A DNA stretch of 64,000 nt from Candidatus Latescibacterota bacterium (lineage in GTDB: Bacteria > Latescibacterota > UBA2968). The first letter of the stretch is position 1. The number at the start of each line of letters is the position of its first letter. Shown here in pieces: positions 18,118-27,634 of this stretch. Below the pieces are notes generated by a model. That model did no database searches, was not told where the DNA came from, and saw nothing but the letters and a program-made list of their open reading frames with translations. The DNA lies in contig OZ242195.1 in assembly GCA_965205975.1 (NCBI GenBank), positions 5,248,001 through 5,312,000 of the forward strand, in the 5' to 3' direction. Position numbers and translations under genes: made by a program.

Positions 18118-18591
18118 TTGTTTATGGACGTCGAAATATTATATCAAAAATACGGTCCCATGGTGTTGCGGCGATGCCGGCGGTTGTTGCGAGATGAAGA
18201 TCGCGCCATGGATGCGATGCAGGATGTGTTTGTGCGGGTATTGCAACGCGGGGATCATCTGAAAGCGATCTATCCGTCGAGTTTGCTGTATCGCATTGCG
18301 ACTAATGTGTGTTTGAATCGCATTCGTGACCAGCGGCTCGATCTGCCGGGCGATGAGGTGTTGATGCATATTGCGGGGATGGAAGATCCAGAACCTCGAT
18401 TGGATGCCCGGGCGATGTTGGACCGGCTTTTTGCGCGGCATAGAGATTCGACGCGAACAATTGCGGTTTTACATTTTGTGGATGGGTTAACATTGGCGGA
18501 AGTTGCTCAAGAGGTGGGGATGTCGGTTTCTGGGGTGCGAAAGCGGTTGCGGGGGTTGCGAGAATCGCTGGAGAAGTTGGAGGAGCTATGA
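18118..18591 (+). CDS. ECF sigma-70 factor
   Basis: LYQKYGPMVLRRCRRLLRDEDRAMDAMQDVFVRVL...LYRIATNVCLN; region 4 DGLTLAEVAQEVGMSVSGVRKRL. Confidence 0.9.
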   Translation: MFMDVEILYQKYGPMVLRRCRRLLRDEDRAMDAMQDVFVRVLQRGDHLKAIYPSSLLYRIATNVCLNRIRDQRLDLPGDEVLMHIAGMEDPEPRLDARAMLDRLFARHRDSTRTIAVLHFVDGLTLAEVAQEVGMSVSGVRKRLRGLRESLEKLEEL

Positions 18592-19346
18592 CGGGACAAC
18601 GCGGTGATTGGAAACTGGAGCGTTTTCGGCTGAATGAACTGCCGGACGAAGAAATGAGAGCCATTCAAAAGGCGCTGGATGCGGATCCGAATTTGAGAGC
18701 ACGCCTGAAGGCATTGGATGGGACAGATCGAGAGGTTCACGAGTCCTATCCGGCTGATTGGGTGGCACAGCAGGTGGCGCGTCGATTGGAGAGACGAGAG
18801 GTGCCGAGTATATCGCGGTTCGATCCGCGTTTTGCATTGGCCGCGGTGGTGTTGCTCGCCATTGTTTTTTCGATCTTTGTCCCGGGGCCTGAAGCGCCGC
18901 CGACCTGGGATCGAAAAGGTATGGATGGCATTCGGTTAAAAGGCGTAAAACCGGATTTGTTGCTATATCGAAAAAGGGCGTCTGAGGTTGAACAATTGGC
19001 GGATAGCAGTGTGGCTTATGCGGGTGATTTAATTCAGATTTTTTATCGCGCAGCGGGCAAGCCTTTTGGGGTGATTGTGTCTGTGGATGGGCGCGGTACT
19101 GTGACGCGGCATTTGCCTGCATCGGGAACAAGAGCCGTGCGCTTGATACAGGGCGATCCCGTGTCTCTGGATTATTCTTATGAACTGGATGATGCCCCGA
19201 AGTGGGAACGGTTTTATTTTTTGACAGCAGATGCGTCTTTTGACGTGCGCGATGTGGCGCAAGCGGCAGAGGGCAGTCCCGATTCATTGCGGGTGGGAAG
19301 AGAAATTGAGCAATTTGCCATTACGCTTTACAAAGGGGGCAGGTGA
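18588..19346 (+). CDS. Putative membrane anti-sigma factor with periplasmic DUF4384-like domain
   Basis: ATGA overlap with the ECF gene; N-terminal DWKLERFRLNELP cytoplasmic domain, one TM, then IRLKG...GDLIQIFY...VSVDGRGTVTRHLP...SYELDDAPKWERFY. Confidence 0.7.
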   Translation: MTGQRGDWKLERFRLNELPDEEMRAIQKALDADPNLRARLKALDGTDREVHESYPADWVAQQVARRLERREVPSISRFDPRFALAAVVLLAIVFSIFVPGPEAPPTWDRKGMDGIRLKGVKPDLLLYRKRASEVEQLADSSVAYAGDLIQIFYRAAGKPFGVIVSVDGRGTVTRHLPASGTRAVRLIQGDPVSLDYSYELDDAPKWERFYFLTADASFDVRDVAQAAEGSPDSLRVGREIEQFAITLYKGGR

Positions 19347-21094
19347 TGTTGCGCCATTGGACAGTGTTATTGGTATTCGGTTTGCTGTTATGCGCTCAGG
19401 GAATCGAGGCAACACAAGTTGTGCGGCGGTGGGTGCTGGCAGTGGGTGCCAATGATGGCGGTGCGAGGCGCGAGACTTTGCGGTACGCTGTGTCAGATGC
19501 TCAAAATTTTGTGCAGGTTATGGAAACAATGGGCGGTGTTGATACCGGTGTTTTGTTATCCGATCCGCGCATTGACGACCTTGAGGAGGCTTTGCACGCA
19601 TTGCACAATCGGGTCTCATCTGCAGAAGCTGTGCGGAGAGAGGTGATTATCTATTATTCGGGACACGCCGATGAAAATGGTCTTCGTTTGGGGGAATCGC
19701 TTTTTTCCTACGCGCGCCTTCGCAATGCGATGGATCGGATGGATGCCGAGGTGCAAATTGCTATTTTGGATGCCTGTGCTTCCGGTGCGATTACGCGATT
19801 GAAGGGCGGGCGACGGCAAGAAGCGTTTATGGTGGATGTGTCGTCGGATATGCGGGGGTATGCGTTTTTGACATCGAGTTCCGAAGATGAAGCGGCGCAG
19901 GAGTCAGATGCGATTGGGGCGTCATTTTTTTCGCATTATCTGGTGTCGGGATTGCGCGGCGCAGCAGATGTGACCGGGGATGGGCGCGTCACGTTGAATG
20001 AGGCCTATCACTTTGCGTTTCAAAATACATTGGAGGGTACGGAACGCACACAAGGCGGGGCGCAGCATCCGGCTTATGATATCAAGATGACGGGTACGGG
20101 CGATGTGGTGATGACGGATGTGCGGCAAACGTCGGCGGGATTGATTTTGGCAGAGGCGCTTCAGGGGCGATTTTTTATTCGAAATGCCAATCGACAGTTG
20201 ATTGCAGAGTTGTTTAAGCCCGCTGGGCGGCGCGTTGAGTTGGGGCTGGAACCCGGTACGTATCGCGTTCACATGGCCCGCGAGATCCAATCGGCTACAA
20301 CTTCGGTCGAATTGGCGATGGGACAACGCGAGATACTCGACGAAGATCATTTTGAAATTATTGCGCGAGAACGCACCACAATGCGGGGTGGGATTAAATA
20401 TAGCGTAAAACGGTCTCGGGTCGAATTGCGCGGGGGGTATTGGAATCCAATCGGAAGATCTACGACAAGTACAAATGGGTTGGTACGGCAAAGTGTAGGG
20501 AGCGGATTGGTGCAGCAAAATGTAGAGAATCTGATGGGGTCTGTCGCTTATATCTATCAACTCAAAGAAAATCTGGCATTGATGGTTCGATGGGCTGGTT
20601 TGATTGCAGAGGCCAAAAACAATGCAGGTGTTCTGGGTACGTCCCAGAGTGTTGTCATTGTTATGCCTCTGCTTTTTGGAGCAAGGTACTGCTGGTCTTT
20701 GGCGCCATCCCCTTTTCGCCCATATCTCGTCGCAAGCGTGGGATCCTATTTTTTGCAAGATGTTTGGCAAGATGATCAAGGTATTTGGCAAGATGAGCGA
20801 GAAGATGATGGAGAAGATGATGGAGAAGATGATGATGAAGACGATAGAGAATATACAGGACAATTGGTGCAAGAGGTGAGGGGGCACGCCACTATCGGAA
20901 CGTATGTGGGTGGCGGTGTTAATTTTGCCATTGGAAGGTATTTGATGCTCGGCGCAAGTGCTGGCTATCATCTGATTGCAAATTTTGCAGAGCCAATAAG
21001 AGGTCGCAAAAATTTTAGTGGTCCGGAATTGAGCATCAGTTTGAGTTTGCTGTGGGGTAAAGATGTGGGTAAGGCCAAGAGTATCCGCAGATGA
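19343..21094 (+). CDS. Exported caspase-family (C14) protease fused to a C-terminal outer-membrane beta-barrel-like domain
   Basis: Signal peptide; LRYAVSDA, YYSGHA (His), ILDACASG (Cys), GLRGAADVTGDGRVTLNEAY; C-terminal amphipathic strands (FRPYLVASVG, GTYVGGGVNFAIG, GPELSISLSLLW). Confidence 0.85.
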   Translation: MMLRHWTVLLVFGLLLCAQGIEATQVVRRWVLAVGANDGGARRETLRYAVSDAQNFVQVMETMGGVDTGVLLSDPRIDDLEEALHALHNRVSSAEAVRREVIIYYSGHADENGLRLGESLFSYARLRNAMDRMDAEVQIAILDACASGAITRLKGGRRQEAFMVDVSSDMRGYAFLTSSSEDEAAQESDAIGASFFSHYLVSGLRGAADVTGDGRVTLNEAYHFAFQNTLEGTERTQGGAQHPAYDIKMTGTGDVVMTDVRQTSAGLILAEALQGRFFIRNANRQLIAELFKPAGRRVELGLEPGTYRVHMAREIQSATTSVELAMGQREILDEDHFEIIARERTTMRGGIKYSVKRSRVELRGGYWNPIGRSTTSTNGLVRQSVGSGLVQQNVENLMGSVAYIYQLKENLALMVRWAGLIAEAKNNAGVLGTSQSVVIVMPLLFGARYCWSLAPSPFRPYLVASVGSYFLQDVWQDDQGIWQDEREDDGEDDGEDDDEDDREYTGQLVQEVRGHATIGTYVGGGVNFAIGRYLMLGASAGYHLIANFAEPIRGRKNFSGPELSISLSLLWGKDVGKAKSIRR

Positions 21095-21116
21095 ATATGT
21101 GGATAAGGAGGAAATC

Positions 21117-23351
21117 ATGTGGAAACGAAAGCTATATACCCTATTCCTGGTGCTGTTGATTTACCCGTTGCCAGTGTCTGCACAGGACACAAATACCGCA
21201 CCTTCTGCCGATTTTGACGGAGATGGTATGGTAGGTATCCCCGACTTTTTGTTATTTATAGATCACTTTGGGGCAATGCGTGGGGATGGGAGATATGAAG
21301 CGAAGTATGATCTGGATGGCAACGGTGTGATAGGGATTCCAGATTTTCTGATTTTTGGGGATAGCTTCGGCAAGGAAATACCTTCATCTGATCGTGGTGC
21401 CGATGAGGGGATAGTCTCCATTCCAGATGCCAATCTGCGTGCTGTGGTTGAGGACAGTCTGAGCAAGGCGAGCGGCGCGCCGATTACCAGCGCAGAGATG
21501 GCGAGTTTGACGCGCCTTGAGGCTCCGGATAAGACCATCAGCGATTTGACTGGTCTCGAGTTTGCAACCAACCTCACATGGCTGAGTCTTGCCCGCAACA
21601 GTGTCTCAAATGTATCCGCGCTGTCTAACTTGACCAATCTGACACAGCTATATCTTCAGGGTAACGACCTGTCGAATGTGTCTGCGTTGTCTAACTTGAC
21701 TGCTCTTACACGGCTGAGTCTTCAGGATAACCGCATTTCAGATGTGTCTGCACTGTCTAACTTGACCGCGCTGACCCGGTTATATCTTCATACCAATCGC
21801 ATCTCAAATATATCTACCCTATCCAACTTGACCAATCTGACCTGGCTGAGTCTTGCCCGTAACCGCATCTCAGATATATCTGATCTATCTAACTTGACTG
21901 CCCTGACCCGGCTGTATCTTCAGGATAACCGCATCTCAGATATATCTGATCTATCTAATTTGACCGCCCTGACCCGACTGAGTCTGCATACCAACTCCAT
22001 CTCAGATATATCTTCATTGTCTAATTTGACGGCTCTAACGCAGCTATATCTTCGTACCAACAGCATCTCGGACCTTGCCCCCCTGGTCGCAAACACGGGA
22101 CTGGATACGGGAGATATGGTTGATGTGAGGGGCAATCCTCTGAGTGCGACATCAATCAATACGCATATTCCAGCACTTCAGGGCAGAGGGGTTACGGTAG
22201 AGTCGGATGCGACTGAAATAGTGTCTATTCCCGATGACAACCTGCGTGCTGTGATTGCAGATAGTCTTGGCAAAGCGAGCGGTGCGCCGATTACCCGTGC
22301 AGAGATGGCGCGTTTGACGCGCCTTGAGGCTCCAGATAAGACCATCAGCGATTTGACAGGTCTCGAGTCTGCAATCAATCTGACATGGTTAAGTCTTGCT
22401 CGCAACAGTATCTCGGATATATCCGTACTGTCTAACTTAAGGAATCTGACACAGCTATATGTTCAGGACAATGACCTATCAGATGTATCTTCGTTGTCTA
22501 ACTTGAGGAATCTGACCCAGCTAAGTCTTCAGGATAACGACCTATCAGATGTGTCGGCACTGTCTGACTTGACTACTCTGACACGGCTATATCTTCATAC
22601 CAACCAGATTACAGGTGTGTCTGGGTTGTCTAATTTGAGGAATCTGACCACGTTAGATCTTCAGAGCAATAGTATTTCAGATATATCTGCGCTGTCTAAC
22701 TTGACCAATCTGACCTATCTGAGTCTTGCTCGCAATAGCATCTCGGATATTTCTGGGTTGTCTAACTTGACCAGTCTGACCAGGTTATATCTCCAAGGTA
22801 ACAGCATCACAGATATATCTTCATTATCTAACTTGACCAATTTGACCCGGCTGAGTCTGCATACCAACAGCATCACAGATATATCTTCATTGTCTAATCT
22901 GACTAATTTGACACAGCTGTATCTTCGTACCAACAGCATCTCGAACATTGCCCCACTGGTCGCAAACACCGGACTGGATACAGGAGATATGGTTGATGTA
23001 CGAAGTAATCCCCTGAGCGCGACATCAATCAACACACATATTCCGGCACTTCAGAGCAGAGGGGTTGCGGTAGAGTTTGACATGGGTAATCAGGGTAATC
23101 AGGGTGGACAGAACAATCAGGGCAATAAAGACGATGACGATGATGATGACGACGATGATAAGGATGATGATAAGGACGACGATGATGACGATGATGACGA
23201 TGACGATGATGACGATGATGATAAGGATGATAAAGACGATGATGACGATGATGATAAAAGAGATAATAAGGACCGTCGCAGTCGCGCTGAACGTACTTCT
23301 TCAGGGAAAGTCAGTAGTAAACAGCCTGCGTCAAAAGAATCGACAAAATAG
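21117..23351 (+). CDS. Secreted dockerin/EF-hand + internalin-type LRR protein with poly-Asp tail
   Basis: ATG 21117 after AAGGAGG; signal peptide; paired DFDGDGMVGIPDF / DLDGNGVIGIPDF Ca-binding loops; two capped LRR blocks (8 and 9 repeats of 22 aa); C-terminal Asp tract. Confidence 0.9.
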   Translation: MWKRKLYTLFLVLLIYPLPVSAQDTNTAPSADFDGDGMVGIPDFLLFIDHFGAMRGDGRYEAKYDLDGNGVIGIPDFLIFGDSFGKEIPSSDRGADEGIVSIPDANLRAVVEDSLSKASGAPITSAEMASLTRLEAPDKTISDLTGLEFATNLTWLSLARNSVSNVSALSNLTNLTQLYLQGNDLSNVSALSNLTALTRLSLQDNRISDVSALSNLTALTRLYLHTNRISNISTLSNLTNLTWLSLARNRISDISDLSNLTALTRLYLQDNRISDISDLSNLTALTRLSLHTNSISDISSLSNLTALTQLYLRTNSISDLAPLVANTGLDTGDMVDVRGNPLSATSINTHIPALQGRGVTVESDATEIVSIPDDNLRAVIADSLGKASGAPITRAEMARLTRLEAPDKTISDLTGLESAINLTWLSLARNSISDISVLSNLRNLTQLYVQDNDLSDVSSLSNLRNLTQLSLQDNDLSDVSALSDLTTLTRLYLHTNQITGVSGLSNLRNLTTLDLQSNSISDISALSNLTNLTYLSLARNSISDISGLSNLTSLTRLYLQGNSITDISSLSNLTNLTRLSLHTNSITDISSLSNLTNLTQLYLRTNSISNIAPLVANTGLDTGDMVDVRSNPLSATSINTHIPALQSRGVAVEFDMGNQGNQGGQNNQGNKDDDDDDDDDDKDDDKDDDDDDDDDDDDDDDDKDDKDDDDDDDKRDNKDRRSRAERTSSGKVSSKQPASKESTK
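23130..23255 (+). repeat. (GAY)n trinucleotide tract encoding poly-Asp
   Basis: 42 codons, about 38 Asp interrupted by 4 Lys. Confidence 0.95.
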
Positions 23352-23371
23352 GTCGTATAAATTCATTACAG

Positions 23372-23402
23372 AGAAAAGCCAGACAAAATGTCTGGCTTTT
23401 CT
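23372..23402 (+). terminator. Intrinsic terminator
   Basis: AGAAAAGCCAGACA-AAA-TGTCTGGCTTTTCT perfect hairpin 20 nt after the stop codon. Confidence 0.75.
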
Positions 23403-23621
23403 TGGGGTTATAGGTGGCGTTCGTCGAGAATACCTCTGCCATCACTACTTTATCCGTGCCTACTAATCTACCAATACCTTTGATGCGGACTTTGCCTCAG
23501 GTCACAGTTAGAGGAGATGATGCTTTTCTTATTCGCCTATTTTTGTTATGTTATTATCGGATACCGGTGAAAACGCTAATAAGCATTATTCTTATTTAAC
23601 TTTTGAAAATAAGGGGGGATT

Positions 23622-24821
23622 GTGGCACCTGGCATTGATGGGAAACGCCAATCCCATGGTAGCTTGGTTCAATGTTCAGGCGGTTACTACGCGTTTGTCC
23701 CGGCACCCCTTCCACCGCCAATTGCCTGGGATGAGGAACTCGTCACTGCACTTTCCCGCGCTGACCGGGCGATAGGCTGGCTCGCTGGCGAAGGCCGGCG
23801 GATGTCGAACCCGCATCTCTTCATCAAGCCATTCCTGCACAGGGAAGCAGTGCTGTCGAGTCGCATTGAGGGCACCAGGACGACTCTGGGCGAATTGCTC
23901 GCTGCACAGGCCGGGGCAAAGGTCGCGCAGAGTTCTGCGGATCTGCATGAGGTTGCCAACTACGTCGTCGCACTGGAATACGGCATACAGCGTCTGAACA
24001 CGTTGCCTCTGTCGCTGCGTCTCATTCGAGAAATCCACGAACAACTTATGCGGGGCGTAAGGGGTGATACTGCTGCACCAGGCGAATTTCGAAAAAGCCA
24101 GAATTGGATCGGTTCGCCCGGCAGTAGTCTGGTCAATGCGACATACGTGCCTCCACCGGCTGATGAATTGATGGAATGTCTGTACGCCTTCGAGCACTTC
24201 CTTCACGACGATACACTGCCTCCCCTGGTACATGCTGCGCTTGCCCATTCTCAGTTCGAGGCCATTCACCCGTTTTTGGATGGGAATGGGCGCGTTGGAC
24301 GCCTGCTTATTACGCTCCTGCTTGTCGAACGAGGGGTCATGCCCTCACCGCTTCTGTACTTGAGTGCCTACTTAGAAGCCACGCGCCAGGAGTACTACGC
24401 ACGGTTGTTGGGCGTAACTCAAAATGGGGAGTGGGAGGCATGGTTGATATACTTCCTACGAGGTGTGGCGATCCAGGCCGAAGATGCTATTGGTCGGATT
24501 CAACGCATTGACGAGTTGTTCCAGCACTGGTCAAAGCAACTCGCCGGAGTCCAATCGGGACAAGCAGAGAAGGTGTTGGAGTTCTTTGTCGAAAATCCCT
24601 TCTGGACTGTGAGCAAAATTGCGGAAACGCTAAAGGTCGCCTATACCACGGCCCGGCGTGCTCTGGACCGGCTGGAGGCGGCAGGTATCGTCATGTCTGT
24701 TGGGACGGCTAAGCGCAACCGGGTGTACTGTGCACGAGCCATGCTTGATATCTTAGAGGCACCGTACATTGTGGGGATGGATGACTCCGAAGGGGAAGAT
24801 TTTAATGTGAAGAGTTATTAA
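23622..24821 (+). CDS. Fic-family AMPylase (N-terminal Fic_N region, Fic core, C-terminal HTH)
   Basis: HPFLDGNGRVGR catalytic loop; autoinhibitory SSRIEG motif; PGEFRKSQNWIG. Confidence 0.93.
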   Translation: MAPGIDGKRQSHGSLVQCSGGYYAFVPAPLPPPIAWDEELVTALSRADRAIGWLAGEGRRMSNPHLFIKPFLHREAVLSSRIEGTRTTLGELLAAQAGAKVAQSSADLHEVANYVVALEYGIQRLNTLPLSLRLIREIHEQLMRGVRGDTAAPGEFRKSQNWIGSPGSSLVNATYVPPPADELMECLYAFEHFLHDDTLPPLVHAALAHSQFEAIHPFLDGNGRVGRLLITLLLVERGVMPSPLLYLSAYLEATRQEYYARLLGVTQNGEWEAWLIYFLRGVAIQAEDAIGRIQRIDELFQHWSKQLAGVQSGQAEKVLEFFVENPFWTVSKIAETLKVAYTTARRALDRLEAAGIVMSVGTAKRNRVYCARAMLDILEAPYIVGMDDSEGEDFNVKSY

Positions 24822-25917
24822 TCAGACGGCGGACGACTTCGGCGGGGTCGTCAGTGAGGGCGAGGAGGTCCATCTGTCGTTGTGCCCAGGTGGGTTTGTG
24901 AGCCATGTCGAGGACGTGTTTGAGATAGGGTACGCAATTGAGCTGTTCGGCCATGGGGAGCAGTTTTTCGACGAGTTCCTCGGTTATTTGCGGGACGGAT
25001 TTGAGGTTGTGAGAGGTGGAATCGACCAGTTGTGCATCGATGCCGTACCGCGAGGCGTGCCACTTGTTTTGACGGATGAGCATGGGGTGGCTGTCGTGTT
25101 GATAGATTCCCCGGTCAATTTCGTCGGACAGGTTGCAAATTAAACACTGTATGAGTGCGACCAATCCCAATGTGTCTTGGAGAGATCCGGGAATATCGCA
25201 AATGCGGACTTCAACGGTGCCAAATGCGTGGTGGGGGCGCACGTCCCACCAGATTTCTCGGATGGATTCGATATAGCCGGTGTCGATGAGGTGGTTGATG
25301 AGCCAGACGTATTCGCTCCAGTTGCGCATTAAGGGGGGCAGCCCAGCGGTAGGGAGGCCCTCCATTATTTTTGATCGCCACGAGTGCAAGCCCGTGACCC
25401 GACCCTCCCAGAATGGGCTGTTGCAAGAAAGCGCCAACAAGACGGGCAAATAGCGCAGTATTCGGTCGCAGATCATGATGGCTTTGTCGCCGCTGTTGAC
25501 GCCTACGTGTACGTGGAGGCCAAATGTGACCAGTTGTCGGGCGGTGTCCTGGAGAAGGTTGACGAGGCCCATATATCGGTCATTGGGGGTGATTTTTTGT
25601 TCGCGCCAGGTGGAAAATGGGTGTGTGCCCGACCAGTAGAGTTGGACATTCTCGGCGGCCGCTACGCTGGATAGCGTCTGGAGTTTGGGCTTGAGGTCGG
25701 CTTCTACATGGCTGACACTTTTGCATATATCGGTGTTGATTTCGACATAACACTGCATTAGTTCGGGCTTGATTTTGTCGGCATATTCGCCGGGAATGCG
25801 ATTGAGTATCGCGGCGTTTTTGCTGCACAAAGCCATGGTGTTGGCATCGACCAGAGCCAGTTCTATTTCCACGCCGAGGGTGGGTTGAGTACTGGGATTA
25901 AATTCAAGTCGGGTCAT
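24802..25917 (-). CDS. YbdK/GCS2 carboxylate-amine (gamma-glutamyl) ligase
   Basis: TLGVEIEL, FGLHVHVG, LALSCNSPFWEG, WWDVRP, GTVEVRICD. Confidence 0.92.
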   Translation of the reverse strand: MTRLEFNPSTQPTLGVEIELALVDANTMALCSKNAAILNRIPGEYADKIKPELMQCYVEINTDICKSVSHVEADLKPKLQTLSSVAAAENVQLYWSGTHPFSTWREQKITPNDRYMGLVNLLQDTARQLVTFGLHVHVGVNSGDKAIMICDRILRYLPVLLALSCNSPFWEGRVTGLHSWRSKIMEGLPTAGLPPLMRNWSEYVWLINHLIDTGYIESIREIWWDVRPHHAFGTVEVRICDIPGSLQDTLGLVALIQCLICNLSDEIDRGIYQHDSHPMLIRQNKWHASRYGIDAQLVDSTSHNLKSVPQITEELVEKLLPMAEQLNCVPYLKHVLDMAHKPTWAQRQMDLLALTDDPAEVVRRLINNSSH

Positions 25918-27124
25918 GGCTGTCTCCGTTCTTTTTTCGCGATGGATCGAAATAGTTGACGACGCTGCGCGCGAGTATTTTGGCACCTATGACCAGGGCG
26001 CATTCATCAATGTCAAAGTCGGGTGCATGCAAGGGCGGGGCACTTCCCCGGGTGGGCATGCATCCCAGGCGAAACAGACTGCCGGGCACATGGTCGAGAT
26101 AATTGGCAAAGTCTTCGCCCCCCATGCTCGGTTTGGCAATGGTCTGAACATGTGTTTGGCCCAATAAATCGATGGCATTTTGGCGGATCAGTTCGGTTAG
26201 CCCGGGATCGTTATTGACCGATGAGGGGCCGGTGAGAAAGCGGACATCAATTTGCGTGTCGGTGAGATTGGCCATGCCATTGGCTATTTTGAGAATGTGG
26301 TCCATGGCATGGGCTTGAGAACTGCCACTGAGGGTGCGAAGGGTGCCTCGAAGCAGGGCCTGGCCGGGTATGACGTTGGGATTTTCGCCTGCAGAGATAT
26401 GCCCAATTGATATGACAATCGGTTCGTAGGTATCTACATTGCGCGGCAATGATTGATAGAGCGCAGTGATGACCTGAGCAGCAGCGATGATGGGGTCTCG
26501 CGTTTCCCGGGGGCGCGCGGCATGTCCGCCCCGGCCCTGGATGCAAACTTCTATTTCGGCACAATTGGCTGTGAGTACGCCCTGGCGTGTGCCCACAGTA
26601 CCTGTTGGACGCGAGGGGTCGAGGTGAAGACTGAGCAGGCCACAGACGTTTTTGAGGGCACCAAAGGCGATCATGTCCTTGGCACCGCGATTGGTTTCTT
26701 CCGCAGGTTGAAAGATGGCGCGCCAGTGGACAGGCCACGGCAATACCTGGTCGCATTCCAGAAGGCCCAGGACAGCACCGAGCACGGTGGCTGTATGACC
26801 ATCGTGTCCGCAGGCGTGCATCACGCCGGGTACGCGACTGCGGTAGGGCGCGTTTTTGGCATCTTGTATGAGTAGCGCGTCGATATCGGCTCGCAGGCCT
26901 ATACGCGTGTTTTCCGATGTATTGTCGGCTATAACGCCACAGCCTCTGGGTCCCGTCTGTACATGGCATTCGGTTTGTTGTAACAATTTGACGAGATAGC
27001 GCGTGGTTTCCACTTCGCGACCGCTGGGTTCGGGATACATGTGCAGATCGCGGCGGACGCGTACAATTTTTTTGCGTTGTGCGTCAATGGCACGGTCGAG
27101 TTTTTGTGTCCAGGTATTGGGCAT
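25904..27124 (-). CDS. M20D-family amidohydrolase
   Basis: RRDLHMYPEPS, LRADIDAL, MHACGHDGH, FQPAEE, GRGGHAARP, MGGEDF, LHAPDFDIDE. Confidence 0.93.
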   Translation of the reverse strand: MPNTWTQKLDRAIDAQRKKIVRVRRDLHMYPEPSGREVETTRYLVKLLQQTECHVQTGPRGCGVIADNTSENTRIGLRADIDALLIQDAKNAPYRSRVPGVMHACGHDGHTATVLGAVLGLLECDQVLPWPVHWRAIFQPAEETNRGAKDMIAFGALKNVCGLLSLHLDPSRPTGTVGTRQGVLTANCAEIEVCIQGRGGHAARPRETRDPIIAAAQVITALYQSLPRNVDTYEPIVISIGHISAGENPNVIPGQALLRGTLRTLSGSSQAHAMDHILKIANGMANLTDTQIDVRFLTGPSSVNNDPGLTELIRQNAIDLLGQTHVQTIAKPSMGGEDFANYLDHVPGSLFRLGCMPTRGSAPPLHAPDFDIDECALVIGAKILARSVVNYFDPSRKKNGDSHDPT

Positions 27125-27291
27125 ATTTCTAAAAATACTGATAATTTTTTTTTTGCGCTATAAATTGTTTTAAGTGGTTCGCATGCTCCTGCAATACCTG
27201 TTTTCTCTTGACTTCCTGTCGTGTATGATTGAAATTAGGTCGTCATTTTTGTAGTAATAGATAACCGAAAATTATTTCTAAGGAGCGTGTT

Positions 27292-27525
27292 ATGTGGCGA
27301 CGACAAGAAACAAATCGCGATTTTTTTTGGATTGGAGTCGTAGTTGGCCTTGCTGCCATTGGCCTCGCCGTTGTGGGATTTTTGTTGGGAACGGAAATGG
27401 GACGAAATACGCGCACGAGATTGGGACAGACCGTTCAGCGCGTGCGTAGCCGTATCAATGGTTCGGCAGAATCCAATGGTTCAACAGAATCTCAGGAATC
27501 ACCCGCTGAAGAATATATAGATTGA
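27292..27525 (+). CDS. Small single-TM protein (YtxH-like)
   Basis: AAGGAG RBS; FFWIGVVVGLAAIGLAVVGFLLG TM, then a GRNTRTRL helix. Confidence 0.55.
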   Translation: MWRRQETNRDFFWIGVVVGLAAIGLAVVGFLLGTEMGRNTRTRLGQTVQRVRSRINGSAESNGSTESQESPAEEYID

Positions 27526-27586
27526 AAAAAATCCCGGGTGTGTTTCTGGATTGAACTACCCGAGTGGTTAACCGATAAGAGGTGAG

Positions 27587-27630
27587 ACGCAAGAAGTAAA
27601 ACGCGAGGGCGTTTTACTTCTTGCGTTTTT
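27587..27630 (+). terminator. Intrinsic terminator
   Basis: 18-bp perfect stem ACGCAAGAAGTAAAACGC-GAGG-GCGTTTTACTTCTTGCGT followed by a T run. Confidence 0.8.
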
Positions 27631-27634
27631 ATAT

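Noticed and set aside
19922..21118. 398-aa antisense ORF, and similar long antisense ORFs at 54941-55792 and 60293-61171
   Set aside because: They lie opposite well-supported genes and show no recognisable motifs.
21560..22950. 66-bp periodic repeats as a CRISPR array
   Set aside because: They are in-frame LRR codons with no unique spacers and no cas genes.
23077..23466. Met/Thr-rich 129-aa ORF
   Set aside because: Alternate-frame reading of the (GAY)n poly-Asp tract.
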